Translations under genes and position numbers: made by a program
The notes under the pieces: model-generated
What the model saw: the letters and a program-made list of their open reading frames with translations, nothing else
Database searches by the model: none
Told to the model about the DNA's origin: nothing
Source of the DNA: Candidatus Woesearchaeota archaeon
GTDB lineage: Archaea > Nanobdellota > Nanobdellia > Woesearchaeales > JAGVZT01
DNA length: 61,042 nt
Direction: 5' to 3'
NCBI GenBank assembly: GCA_018302335.1
Contig: JAGVZT010000047.1
Location: 1-61,042, forward strand
In this document: in pieces, positions 36,186 through 44,296 of the stretch
How the letters are laid out: each line of letters starts with the position of its first letter
Numbering within the stretch: the stretch's first letter is position 1

Positions 36186-37550
36186 CTATTTTCCGCTGAG
36201 TCCCCACGGCCGAGCCGAGGAGAAATCAAGTTTCGCTTCCGTCACAGCGGTGAGCTGCTCCTGCGTCACTCCCTGAGCGAGCTCTCTCACGAGAAGGGGT
36301 TTTCCCGGCCGCACCTCGAGGACCGCCATCTCGGTGATGATGAGGCTCGCTGCGCGCACCGCCGTGAGGGGATAGGTGCATCGCCTGAGTATCTTGGGCG
36401 CGCCCTTGAGGGTGTGCCGCATGGTCACGATGAGGCGCTTCGCCCCTGCGGCAAGGTCCATGGCCCCTCCCATGCCCGGGCCCAGCCTCCCCGGGATGCT
36501 CCAGCTCGCAAGATTCCCCTCCTGGTCCACCTGCAGGGCGCCAAGGATGGTGACATCGACATGGCCACCGCGAATCATCCCGAAGGAGTCCGCGCTGTCG
36601 AACACCGAGCCGCCTGCCTGCACACTGACGTAATGCCTGCCTGCGTCGATGAGGCCGTGGTCGATGTCCTCCCTGCGCTTCGGCGGGGGCCCCATGCCGA
36701 GGATGCCGTTCTCGGACTGGACCCACACCCGGATGCCTTTCGGGAGAAAGCCCACCACCTGCGTCGGGATGCCGACGCCGAGATTCACCACGTCGCCATC
36801 GCGGAGCTCCATCGTGGCGCGGGCGGCGATGCGCCCCGCTGCCTCGTCGAGCTCCTCGGCATGCTGGGGCCAGATGCCCTCGGCGCAGACCGCGGCCTGC
36901 ACGACATAGTCCACGAAACAGTGCGGGACGTGGACCTCCTCCGGGTCCAGCGGCGCCTTCTGGATGACCTCCGCTTCCGCGATGGTGATGTCCGCGGCGC
37001 GCGCCACCGCGATGTTGAAATTGCGCTCGATGCCCCGGAAGTGCAGGTTTCCGAGCGTGTCGGCCTTCCACGCCTTCACCAGGGCGTATTTCGCGCGCAG
37101 GGGCTTCTCGAGGACATATTCCTTGCCATCGATGACCCTGCTCTCCTTGCCCTTCGCCGCTTCTGTTCCTGCCCCCGTCCGGGTGAAGAAGCCTCCAAGG
37201 CCATAGCCTCCCGCGCGGATGCGCTCGATGAGGGTGCCTTGCGGGATGAACTCCACTGCCATCCTGCCTGCATCGGCCAGTTCCTTCACCCGGTCGACCA
37301 CTTTGGGATTGGTCCCGAGGAAGGAGAGCGCGAGCCTTCGCACCTGTCCTGCGGCGATGAGGAGGTTTGGGCCCTTGTCCGGAGTGACGGGGTCGTTGAT
37401 GGTGAGCGCGAGGTCCTTGATGCCGCGCTCGTGCAGGGCGTGCAGCAGGGTGTCCGGCCTGCCGAAGTCGTAGAACCCCGAGACGAGGATGCTGTCGCCG
37501 TCGCGGAAGAGAGCGATCACCTCGGCAAGCTCTTTCACCATGGCGACCAT
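36186..37550 (-). CDS. 3-oxoacid/acyl-CoA:acetate CoA-transferase, fused A and B subunits
   Basis: Subunit-A-like N-terminal half (DGDSILVSGF..., GGYGLGGFFTRTGAGT). Subunit-B-like half has the catalytic-Glu motif VWVQSENGILGMGP. The ATG at 37550 is 21 nt from a TATA box; the track extension to 37670 reads through copy N. Confidence 0.87.
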   Translation of the reverse strand: MVAMVKELAEVIALFRDGDSILVSGFYDFGRPDTLLHALHERGIKDLALTINDPVTPDKGPNLLIAAGQVRRLALSFLGTNPKVVDRVKELADAGRMAVEFIPQGTLIERIRAGGYGLGGFFTRTGAGTEAAKGKESRVIDGKEYVLEKPLRAKYALVKAWKADTLGNLHFRGIERNFNIAVARAADITIAEAEVIQKAPLDPEEVHVPHCFVDYVVQAAVCAEGIWPQHAEELDEAAGRIAARATMELRDGDVVNLGVGIPTQVVGFLPKGIRVWVQSENGILGMGPPPKRREDIDHGLIDAGRHYVSVQAGGSVFDSADSFGMIRGGHVDVTILGALQVDQEGNLASWSIPGRLGPGMGGAMDLAAGAKRLIVTMRHTLKGAPKILRRCTYPLTAVRAASLIITEMAVLEVRPGKPLLVRELAQGVTQEQLTAVTEAKLDFSSARPWGLSGK

Positions 37551-37570
37551 GTCCTTTCCCGGGAAAAGCC

Positions 37571-37581
37571 CCTTTAATAAT
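37571..37581 (-). promoter_or_regulatory. TATA box for the CoA-transferase gene
   Basis: Forward CCTTTAATAAT, reverse complement ATTATTAAAGG; 21 nt upstream of ATG 37550. Confidence 0.55.
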
Positions 37582-37610
37582 CTGTCCTCTAGAGAATATC
37601 TCGCGGACCT

Positions 37611-37678
37611 CGGCCGGAATCCCGTACGAGTTTCTGGCTGACTCGCCGGAATGGCGGATATTCTCAGCAATGCGTCCG
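37611..37678 (+). repeat. CGGCCG-bounded intergenic repeat, copy N (68 bp)
   Basis: CGGCCGGAATCCCGTACGAGTTTCTGGCTGACTCGCCGGAATGGCGGATATTCTCAGCAATGCGTCCG. 58/68 identical to copy L (hand alignment). Confidence 0.88.
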
Positions 37679-37711
37679 ACTGCGGACTCTTTCTATGGAG
37701 CTATGCGTGAG

Positions 37712-37721
37712 TTTTATATAG
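37712..37721 (+). promoter_or_regulatory. TATA box for the citrate synthase-IDH operon
   Basis: TTTTATATAG. 24 nt upstream of in-frame GTG 37745 and 33 nt upstream of ATG 37754. Confidence 0.6.
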
Positions 37722-37753
37722 CGGTTGCCTTCCCCCTGCTCGGGGTGAGCGTG

Positions 37754-38878
37754 ATGGACGTCAAGAAGGGTCTTGAGGGTCTGGTCGTCGATGTCACGAG
37801 GAAGAGCCTCGTGGACGGAGAGAACGGAAAGCTCGTCATCTGCGGCTACGACATCGCCGAGCTGTGCGAAAAATCCACTTTTGAAGAAAGCATCTTCCTC
37901 GTGTGGAACGAGCGGCTGCCCACGAAGTCGGAGCTCGATTCCCTCAGTCAGCGGCTCACTGCCGAGATGCAGCTCTCTCCTCCCATGGTGGGGCTGCTGG
38001 AGTCCTTTCCCGTCAATGCGAATCCCATGGACGTGCTGCGCACGGCGCTCTCCGCCTATGCGGTGTTTCACATTCCTCCCCCGAAGGGCATCGAGAAGTC
38101 GCGTGCGGACGCAGCGAGTACCATCGTCGGCCAGATTGCCTCGCTCGTGCCCGCCTGGGGCAGAATCTCCCGGGGGACGGCGAACATCGCCCCGAGAGGA
38201 GACCTGTCCATCGCCGGCAATTTCCTGTACATGCTGCAGGGGAGCGAGGCGAGCAAGGAGGAGACGCGCATCCTCGACGAGGCGCTCATCATGCACATCG
38301 ACCACAATCTCAACGCGAGTACCTTCACCGCCCGCGTTGTCGCGTCCACCATGGCAGACCTCTACGGAGCGGTGACTGCGGGCATCGCGGCCCTGAAGGG
38401 CCCGCTGCACGGCGGTGCGAACGAGAAGGCCCTGAAGGAGCTGCAGGACATCTGGGTCAACGCGAACCAGGCCTATCCCCAGCCCGTGGAGCAGCAGGTG
38501 CTCGACAAGCTCGCTCGCAAGGAGAAGATCATGGGCATCGGCCACCGGGAGTACAAGGTGAAGGACCCGAGAAGCTCCATCATCGAGGAGCACGCGAAGC
38601 GCCTCGCTCCCGCAGGGCTGTACCAGACCGCGAAGACGGTGGAGGAGGTCATGGTCCGCGAGCGAGGGCTGTACCCCAACGTCGATTTCTTCTCCGGGAT
38701 GGTGTACGAGGCGCTGGGCATACCATCCGCGCTGTTCACCCCGCTCTTCGCGGTGAGCCGCGCCCCGGGCTGGATTGCCCATGTCCAGGAGCAGTACGCG
38801 GACAACCGCATCATCCGGCCTCGCGCTGAATACGTCGGCGAGCCGTTGCGGAGCTATGTTCCCATCGAGAAGCGCTGA
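37754..38878 (+). CDS. gltA: Citrate synthase
   Basis: GLEGVVVDVT-like N-terminus (GLEGLVVDVTRKS), LIMHIDHNLNAST, GPLHGGANE, MGIGHREYK, DFFSG. The start may be GTG 37745. Confidence 0.92.
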   Translation: MDVKKGLEGLVVDVTRKSLVDGENGKLVICGYDIAELCEKSTFEESIFLVWNERLPTKSELDSLSQRLTAEMQLSPPMVGLLESFPVNANPMDVLRTALSAYAVFHIPPPKGIEKSRADAASTIVGQIASLVPAWGRISRGTANIAPRGDLSIAGNFLYMLQGSEASKEETRILDEALIMHIDHNLNASTFTARVVASTMADLYGAVTAGIAALKGPLHGGANEKALKELQDIWVNANQAYPQPVEQQVLDKLARKEKIMGIGHREYKVKDPRSSIIEEHAKRLAPAGLYQTAKTVEEVMVRERGLYPNVDFFSGMVYEALGIPSALFTPLFAVSRAPGWIAHVQEQYADNRIIRPRAEYVGEPLRSYVPIEKR

Positions 38879-38887
38879 GGTGCGAGC

Positions 38888-39982
38888 ATGACATACCACG
38901 TGACGCTGATCACCGGAGACGGCACCGGACCTGAGCTTGCGCAGCAGATACGCCGCTGCGTGGACGCCACGGGCGTCGACATCGCGTGGGACCCGCAGGA
39001 GGCGGGCGTCGATGTCTACGCGCGCGAGGGCACTCCGCTTCCCCAGCGCGTGCTGGATTCTGTCCGGAAGAACAAGGTGGCAATCAAGGCTCCCATCACC
39101 ACCCCGGTCGGCACGGGATTCCGCAGCGTCAATGTCGCGCTGCGGAAGGAGCTGGACCTCTACCAGTGCATCCGGCCGGTGAAGTCCTACAAGGGCGTCC
39201 GCTCGAGGTTCGAGAACATCGACCTGGTCATCTTCCGAGAGAACACGGATGACCTGTACGTCGGAGTCGAGTTCGAGCAGGCGAAGCCGGAGACGCTGGA
39301 GCTCATCCTCAAGATTCAGGAGCTGAACTCGGACGGGAAGGTCATCCGGCAGGACTCCGGGCTGAGCATCAAGCCGATAAGCATCTTCCGCACCGAGCGC
39401 ATCGTCAGGGCCGCGTTCGAGTACGCGCGCTCGCACGGCCGGAAGAAGGTCACCGCGGTGCACAAGGCCAACATCATGAAATTCACCGACGGCCTTTTCC
39501 TCGCGACCGCGCGCGAGGTCGCGAAGCGGTACCCGGACATCGCGTTCGAGGACCGCATCGTGGACAACATGTGCATGCAGCTGGTCCAGAAGCCGGAGCT
39601 GTACGATGTCTTAGTGCTTCCCAACCTCTACGGCGACATCATCAGCGACCTCTGCGCCGGGCTCATCGGCGGGCTGGGCATCGCCCCAGGAGCGAACATC
39701 GGGGACAAGTACGCGGTGTTCGAGGCCGTGCACGGCAGCGCGCCGAAGTACGCGGGGATGAACAAGGTCAATCCCACCGCGGTCATCCTCTCCGCGGTGC
39801 TCATGCTGGAGCATCTGGGCGAGAAGGACGCGGCGCGCAGGCTGGAGTCCGCGGTCGCCGGGGTCATCGCGGAAGGAAAGCGCGTCACCTACGATCTCAA
39901 GCAGGACCGGGACGACCCCACTGCAGTGGGGACGAAGGAGATGGCCGACGCCATCATCGCCAGGCTGCGGAAGACTCGGTAG
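38888..39982 (+). CDS. icd: Isocitrate dehydrogenase (short IDH3-like member of the isocitrate/isopropylmalate dehydrogenase family)
   Basis: [70 protein letters not shown] lies 6 nt upstream of the ATG, 9 nt after the citrate synthase stop. Specificity (isocitrate vs homoisocitrate/IPM) cannot be proven by eye. Confidence 0.78.
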   Translation: MTYHVTLITGDGTGPELAQQIRRCVDATGVDIAWDPQEAGVDVYAREGTPLPQRVLDSVRKNKVAIKAPITTPVGTGFRSVNVALRKELDLYQCIRPVKSYKGVRSRFENIDLVIFRENTDDLYVGVEFEQAKPETLELILKIQELNSDGKVIRQDSGLSIKPISIFRTERIVRAAFEYARSHGRKKVTAVHKANIMKFTDGLFLATAREVAKRYPDIAFEDRIVDNMCMQLVQKPELYDVLVLPNLYGDIISDLCAGLIGGLGIAPGANIGDKYAVFEAVHGSAPKYAGMNKVNPTAVILSAVLMLEHLGEKDAARRLESAVAGVIAEGKRVTYDLKQDRDDPTAVGTKEMADAIIARLRKTR

Positions 39983-39998
39983 GGCCGGCCGCATTCCT

Positions 39999-40066
39999 CG
40001 GCCGCATTGCCATACGCTTCCCGCGTTGTCTCGCAGTGATTCCGGTGATTCTCAGCAGCGCGGCCG
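39999..40066 (+). repeat. CGGCCG-bounded intergenic repeat, copy O (68 bp) preceded by a 13-bp duplicate of its own left terminus (39986-39998)
   Basis: CGGCCGCATTGCCATACGCTTCCCGCGTTGTCTCGCAGTGATTCCGGTGATTCTCAGCAGCGCGGCCG. CGGCCGCATTCCT lies immediately upstream and matches the element's CGGCCGCATTGCC at 11/13 positions. Confidence 0.82.
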
Positions 40067-40104
40067 GGCGTCTCCGCGCTTTTTCTGCAACACTCCGGCC
40101 GTGA

Positions 40105-40116
40105 GGTATAAATAGG
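40105..40116 (+). promoter_or_regulatory. TATA box
   Basis: GGTATAAATAGG, 21 nt upstream of ATG 40137. Confidence 0.6.
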
Positions 40117-40136
40117 ACCTCTGCCAGAGGGCTGGC

Positions 40137-40565
40137 ATGCAGCTGGCGTCAGGCTATGAAGCGGAACTCGTGTTGGGGCTCATCGGCTCGCTGATTGCCG
40201 GATATCTCATTGGCGCAGAGCGCGAGTCGCGCAGGAAGCCCGCGGGCATCAGCACGCACAGCCTCGTGATAGGAGGCTCGATGTTCTTCACCTTCCTCTC
40301 GCCGCTGCTCGGCCCGGACTCGCCGGACCGCATCGCCGCGGGCATCGTGAGCGGCATCGGCTTCCTTGGAGCGGGCATCATCCTGCGCGGCCAGTCCGGC
40401 CACATCACCAATCTCACCACCGCGGCGGGCATCTGGTTCAGCGCCTCCATAGGGATGGCGCTGGGGATGGGATGGTACCTCGCGGCGGCCATCATGACCA
40501 TCTTCTCCATCGCCGTGCCCCGCATCCCTCACCTGCAGTCGCACGTGGGAATCCAGAGCGACTAG
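40137..40565 (+). CDS. MgtC/SapB-family membrane protein
   Basis: LIGAERESRRKPAGISTHSLVIGGSMFF and GIGFLGAGIIL motifs; 142 aa. Confidence 0.85.
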   Translation: MQLASGYEAELVLGLIGSLIAGYLIGAERESRRKPAGISTHSLVIGGSMFFTFLSPLLGPDSPDRIAAGIVSGIGFLGAGIILRGQSGHITNLTTAAGIWFSASIGMALGMGWYLAAAIMTIFSIAVPRIPHLQSHVGIQSD

Positions 40566-41677
40566 AGGAAGCGCTCCACCACTGAAGGCACGAGGGTCGC
40601 GCTGTCCACCCGGAAGAGGTACCGTTTCTTTTTCGTGAGCCAGCCCTGGGCGCCCTTTTCGTCCAGCACGAGTTTCGCTCCCTTGAGGTCCTGCTCGAAT
40701 CTCGTCGCGCCGTCCGCGAACCAGGTCAGCACGGGGATCCAAATCCGGTGGAGTCCCTTCGCAGGGGCGAGGTCGCCGTCGTAGTCGTTGCCGATGGCGA
40801 TTGCCTTGCTCTCGGGCACGTTCCCGATGAGCTCCCGGTAGAGCCTGGGCGTCTTCACGCTGACCACGCGGACCTGCTCCCGCGGGATCCAGCGGGTCAT
40901 CCTGCACACCTCGTACTTCCGCCACTGGGCGTTGAGCTGGTTGTCGGTCACCGTCCGCGGGTTGTCCCTTGGCCCCTTGGTGAGGAGGGCCATCCGCGCG
41001 TGCTGCCTGAAATAATCGAGCATGTCCTCTGCGCCGGGGAGGAACTCCGGGAGGACATGGAAGGCCTTCCTTCCGATTTCCTCCGCCTGGTAGGCATGCT
41101 CCCACTCCGGACGCGCTCCGAGAAGATGGCAGGAGAAGAGGTAGGCCTCCAGGCAGGCCAGGGGGAACCGTCCCTGGTTGTACGGCTGCCCCTCGCTCCG
41201 GAAGGTGTGGTACTTCTGGACCTCCTCCAGATGGATGGCATGCGCCATGATGCGCAGGGCCACAGCGGCAGTGGTGTCCGCGCCCGCGTTCTTCAGGCGG
41301 CCGAGCGCGCGCAGGAGGAGCGCCTCATCCATGCATGGCGCCGCTTGCAGGAGGTTGACGCGCTCTGCCCATCCCTCTCCGCTCCGCGATGCGTGGAGCT
41401 TCTCGATGGCGTCCTTTTCCTGGAGCCAGAAGGCCGCGGCCTCCCTGCTGAGCATCCCGTCCAGCAGCTCATCGACGTCCTGTGTGGGATGCTCCGTGGC
41501 CAGGAGCGCATCCCGCACGTTTCGCGCGAGGGTGCGCGCCTCCCCAAGGCAGCTGTCCAGCTGCTCCGCGAACACCGCGGTGAGCCAGACGAGGAACTCG
41601 GCCTTGGCGCCGGTGAAATACTTCTTGCAGGGGATGAGGGTGTCGTCGAAGTCGAACACCGCCGCTCGCACCGTCAT
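40562..41677 (-). CDS. HAD-superfamily hydrolase-like protein with a large cap/insert domain
   Basis: Motif I AAVFDFDDTLIP. C-terminal AIAIGNDYDGDLAPA (motif IV-like). 371 aa. Confidence 0.62.
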   Translation of the reverse strand: MTVRAAVFDFDDTLIPCKKYFTGAKAEFLVWLTAVFAEQLDSCLGEARTLARNVRDALLATEHPTQDVDELLDGMLSREAAAFWLQEKDAIEKLHASRSGEGWAERVNLLQAAPCMDEALLLRALGRLKNAGADTTAAVALRIMAHAIHLEEVQKYHTFRSEGQPYNQGRFPLACLEAYLFSCHLLGARPEWEHAYQAEEIGRKAFHVLPEFLPGAEDMLDYFRQHARMALLTKGPRDNPRTVTDNQLNAQWRKYEVCRMTRWIPREQVRVVSVKTPRLYRELIGNVPESKAIAIGNDYDGDLAPAKGLHRIWIPVLTWFADGATRFEQDLKGAKLVLDEKGAQGWLTKKKRYLFRVDSATLVPSVVERFL

Positions 41678-41697
41678 GGGGCTGCACGGGCGATGGT

Positions 41698-41709
41698 GCT
41701 ATTTATACC
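41698..41709 (-). promoter_or_regulatory. TATA box
   Basis: Forward GCTATTTATACC, reverse complement GGTATAAATAGC; 21 nt upstream of ATG 41677. Confidence 0.6.
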
Positions 41710-41741
41710 AGCCGGATGGAACTGTTTTGTAGAGTCAGCAG

Positions 41742-41809
41742 CGGCCGCATTGCTGAGAATTTCCGCTATTCCGGTGAGACAGCCCGGAACCCGTGCGGCA
41801 TTCCGGCCG
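41742..41809 (-). repeat. CGGCCG-bounded intergenic repeat, copy P (68 bp)
   Basis: CGGCCGCATTGCTGAGAATTTCCGCTATTCCGGTGAGACAGCCCGGAACCCGTGCGGCATTCCGGCCG. Confidence 0.9.
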
Positions 41810-41817
41810 GAAATCGG

Positions 41818-42285
41818 TTATGGAGTCGGATGGAAATGCACCGTGTGGCTGGCCAGCTTGCCATCTGCGTACACGAATTTTCCGGAGAAGAAATCCTCGC
41901 GGTCCAGCCACGGGAGGAACACCCGGTCGCCTTCCCAGAGCTCAAGGGCGAGGAGTTCGCTGTCCGGCACCCAGCGGAGCACGCCCTCCGGTGAGTCGAT
42001 GAGCTGCCCCTCGAACTGCTCCGCGGTGAAGACGAAGACGTACCAGTCCTCGATGCCATCGAAGGCCGGGAAGGTGAGGATACCCCGCAGTCTCGGAGAT
42101 GCGATGTCCAGCCCGCTCTCCTCCTGGACCTCGCGGATGACGCATTCCTCCGGGGACTCGCCGGGGATGACCTTGCCGCCGAGGCCGTTCCACTTGCCCT
42201 GGTGCATGTCCCGCTCCTTCTTGATGCGGTGGAGCATGAGCGTCCTGCCGCTGCTGCGCACATAGCAGAGGGTGCCGAGCATCAT
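41818..42285 (-). CDS. NUDIX hydrolase (MutT-like)
   Basis: Nudix box GKWNGLGGKVIPGESPEECVIREVQEESGL; 155 aa. Confidence 0.88.
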   Translation of the reverse strand: MMLGTLCYVRSSGRTLMLHRIKKERDMHQGKWNGLGGKVIPGESPEECVIREVQEESGLDIASPRLRGILTFPAFDGIEDWYVFVFTAEQFEGQLIDSPEGVLRWVPDSELLALELWEGDRVFLPWLDREDFFSGKFVYADGKLASHTVHFHPTP

Positions 42286-42305
42286 GCCGCGTGGTCTGCG
42301 GTCGT

Positions 42306-42316
42306 CCTTTTATACC
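42306..42316 (-). promoter_or_regulatory. TATA box
   Basis: Forward CCTTTTATACC, reverse complement GGTATAAAAGG; 21 nt upstream of ATG 42285. Confidence 0.6.
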
Positions 42317-42318
42317 TT

Positions 42319-42378
42319 CGGTCGTGCAGGCTGCGGACGGTCTGGCTGGAATCCCGGAGATTCTCAGCATCAGGGCCG
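42319..42378 (+). repeat. CGGCCG-bounded intergenic repeat, copy Q (60 bp, degenerate left arm)
   Basis: CGGTCGTGCAGGCTGCGGACGGTCTGGCTGGAATCCCGGAGATTCTCAGCATCAGGGCCG. Confidence 0.65.
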
Positions 42379-42410
42379 ACCACGACTCCTTTGACAGAGC
42401 GAGGCGGCAG

Positions 42411-42421
42411 CCTTATAATAG
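42411..42421 (+). promoter_or_regulatory. TATA box
   Basis: CCTTATAATAG, 21 nt upstream of ATG 42442. Confidence 0.6.
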
Positions 42422-42441
42422 AAAGAGGACGCGCTCTCCGG

Positions 42442-43065
42442 ATGGATCTCGCAGACATACTTCGCGAAGGCACCAAGGACGCCCACCGCAGGACGGAGAG
42501 GGGGGTGCCGCTGCGCGCGGTGAAACGGTTTCTTTCACGCGAGGTGTACAGCAGCTATCTCCGCGACCTGCATGACGTCTACGAAGCGCTTGAATCCGGG
42601 CTTGAGCAAGCGCAGCATCCCTTGGTGGCGCCTCTCCGCATCCCCGAGCTCTACCGGACGCATGCCCTCGAAGAAGACCTCCTTTACTTCTGCGGCGCAG
42701 GGTGGGCGACAGCGCAGGTGAGTCCCGCTGGCGCTGCCTACCGGTCGCGCCTCGAGGAGCTGGCATCGCAGCAGCCGGAACTGCTTGTCTCGCACGCCTA
42801 TGTCCGCTATCTCGGGGACCTGTTCGGCGGGCAGGTCATCCGGAAAATCATCCGCGCGGCCCTGCAACTGCCGAAGGGAGAAGGCACTGCGTTCTACGAA
42901 TTTCCTCTTGGCATCAAAGAGGGGCGCGACTCCGTCCGGAGCGCCCTCAACGCCCTTCCCGTGGACGAAGCCATGTCCCAGCGGCTCGTCGCGGAGGCGA
43001 ACTACGCTTTCGAGCTCACCGGTGCGATTTTCCGAGAGCTTGCCAACGCCGGGACTGGGATTTGA
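42442..43065 (+). CDS. Heme oxygenase (canonical HO-1/HmuO family)
   Basis: Proximal-His region LREGTKDAHRRTE and distal-helix motif YLGDLFGGQVIRKI, both close to HO-1 signatures. 207 aa. The last 19 nt overlap the tRNA-Ser gene on the opposite strand. Confidence 0.85.
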   Translation: MDLADILREGTKDAHRRTERGVPLRAVKRFLSREVYSSYLRDLHDVYEALESGLEQAQHPLVAPLRIPELYRTHALEEDLLYFCGAGWATAQVSPAGAAYRSRLEELASQQPELLVSHAYVRYLGDLFGGQVIRKIIRAALQLPKGEGTAFYEFPLGIKEGRDSVRSALNALPVDEAMSQRLVAEANYAFELTGAIFRELANAGTGI

Positions 43066-43130
43066 ACCCAGAAATCCTTGCGGAAACAGGATTTCCAGTC
43101 CTGCGCACTACCAGGTTATGCGATCCCGGC
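43047..43130 (-). tRNA. tRNA-Ser (anticodon GGA), class II with a long variable arm; no encoded CCA, no intron
   Basis: Reverse complement: GCCGGGA-TC-GCAT-AACCTGGTA-GTGC-G-CAGGA-CTGGAAA-TCCTG-TTTCCGCAAGGATTT-CTGGG-TTCAAAT-CCCAG-TCCCGGC-G. 7-bp acceptor stem, 5-bp anticodon and T stems. Confidence 0.85.
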
Positions 43131-43158
43131 ACGAATCAGGACGGCGGGGGAACGTGGC

Positions 43159-43170
43159 CCTTAAAAAAGC
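43159..43170 (-). promoter_or_regulatory. TATA box for tRNA-Ser
   Basis: Forward CCTTAAAAAAGC, reverse complement GCTTTTTTAAGG; 28 nt upstream of the tRNA 5' end (43130). Confidence 0.55.
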
Positions 43171-43172
43171 TT

Positions 43173-43619
43173 TCAGTCCCAGAGGCCGCGGGTCACCCCA
43201 CGGCGGCGCCACTGCTCCAGCGCTTGGGGACAGACGATGTTGACGCGCAGCCCATAGGCGTCGCTGACCTCGGCCGCCGCCCGCTCGAGCCTGGCAGGTA
43301 CGAAACCCTCGCGGAGGAACACGTAGACATTCCCGGAATACTGGCGGCCGCGGGACTGCTCAAGACGGACAGCCTCAGCAATGCGACCGAGCTGTTCGGT
43401 GTACTCCGAAGGCCTCTTCTTCCCGGTGAACGCCTCGATGACCGTGCCATCGCGAGTCACGATGTCGAAATCAGTCAGCTCGCTGCCGTCCTCCCGGTAG
43501 ATGATGCGATGCACATCCTGCACGGCAGGCTCGCCCACGAAGCCGCGCACCGCCTCTTCCAGAGAAGAGCGTTCCTGCTGCTGCACACCCCTGCGGTCTA
43601 GCAGGGTCCCCAGGTCCAT
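43173..43619 (-). CDS. Hypothetical protein (148 aa)
   Basis: Coding-like composition. ATG is 19 nt from a TATA box. The segment TDFDIVTRDGTVIEAFTGKK is faintly reminiscent of a PD-(D/E)xK core, but it is not convincing. Confidence 0.5.
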   Translation of the reverse strand: MDLGTLLDRRGVQQQERSSLEEAVRGFVGEPAVQDVHRIIYREDGSELTDFDIVTRDGTVIEAFTGKKRPSEYTEQLGRIAEAVRLEQSRGRQYSGNVYVFLREGFVPARLERAAAEVSDAYGLRVNIVCPQALEQWRRRGVTRGLWD

Positions 43620-43637
43620 GATACCCTAGGGGGGTGG

Positions 43638-43648
43638 GTATTTAAAAG
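43638..43648 (-). promoter_or_regulatory. TATA box
   Basis: GTATTTAAAAG, 19 nt upstream of ATG 43619. Confidence 0.5.
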
Positions 43649-43766
43649 ATTTGTCACTGGACGGTAGAATATACGTTCCGAGCCGCTTCGTCCGGAATGA
43701 CTGCCCCACTCTGTCGGCAACAATCATAAATATCCTTCAGATTCCCATGACGCGGAGGCACGAACC

Positions 43767-44186
43767 ATGACCGATGAGCGGACTATCGGAGATATCCTTA
43801 CCGAGGGGAGACAGCGGCTGGAGATTCTGGCAGAGAAGGGAAGCAAGCGCACGAGAGACTTCGCCGAGAGCCTGGAGCCTCAAATCCAGGAGCTTCGCGC
43901 CCAGTCCCGGGAGCAGGCTTCGCGCGTGGAGAAGGAAGTGCGCGGAACCTGGAAGCGCGCGCAGGAGGAGGAGCATCTCGGCTATACCATGCTCACCTCG
44001 GGATACCGCGCAGTGCAAGGTGGAGCGCGCAAGGTCCTCGCGGCGAAGCCAGACATGGGGCTCAAGCAGGCTGCGAGCTACGCCGCGGAAATCGCGGGAG
44101 GGGCGTTCGTGGCCGCGCTGGGCGTTCCGGTCTATCTCGCAGAGGAGGGCGCACGGGCGCTGCTCCGGAAAAAGAAGACGAACTGA
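43767..44186 (+). CDS. Hypothetical protein (139 aa), paralog of the following gene over its C-terminal half
   Basis: N-terminal charged helical region. C-terminal half SGYRAVQGGARKVL...AAEIAGGAFVAALGVPVYLAEE is shared with 44297..44500. TATA-like ATCATAAATATCC at 43723-43735. Confidence 0.5.
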   Translation: MTDERTIGDILTEGRQRLEILAEKGSKRTRDFAESLEPQIQELRAQSREQASRVEKEVRGTWKRAQEEEHLGYTMLTSGYRAVQGGARKVLAAKPDMGLKQAASYAAEIAGGAFVAALGVPVYLAEEGARALLRKKKTN

Positions 44187-44296
44187 GGGGGTCTTTCTTG
44201 TACGCCCATGCCACCTGACGGCATGAACGCTTCTCTTTCCGACCAGTGAATATAATAATCCGTATACTAATAGGGACTTAATGTGTTGGTGGTGCG

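Noticed and set aside
42290-43170. Integrated mobile element at tRNA-Ser carrying the heme oxygenase gene
   Set aside because: No integrase gene, and no recognisable direct repeat of the tRNA 3' segment within the window. Only the tRNA/CDS overlap is reported as an observation.
43658-43727. Possible additional degenerate repeat copies here (GGACGGTAGAATATACG...CCGGAATGAC...TGTCGGC) and at 16905-16950, plus a solo arm-like hairpin GCCGGAG-AAT-CTCCGGC at 53558-53574 just 3' of the HTH regulator gene
   Set aside because: Only short blocks (AGAATAT, CCGGAATG) match and the CGGCCG termini are missing. They are too degenerate to call by eye. The 53558-53574 hairpin could equally be a simple terminator-like stem.
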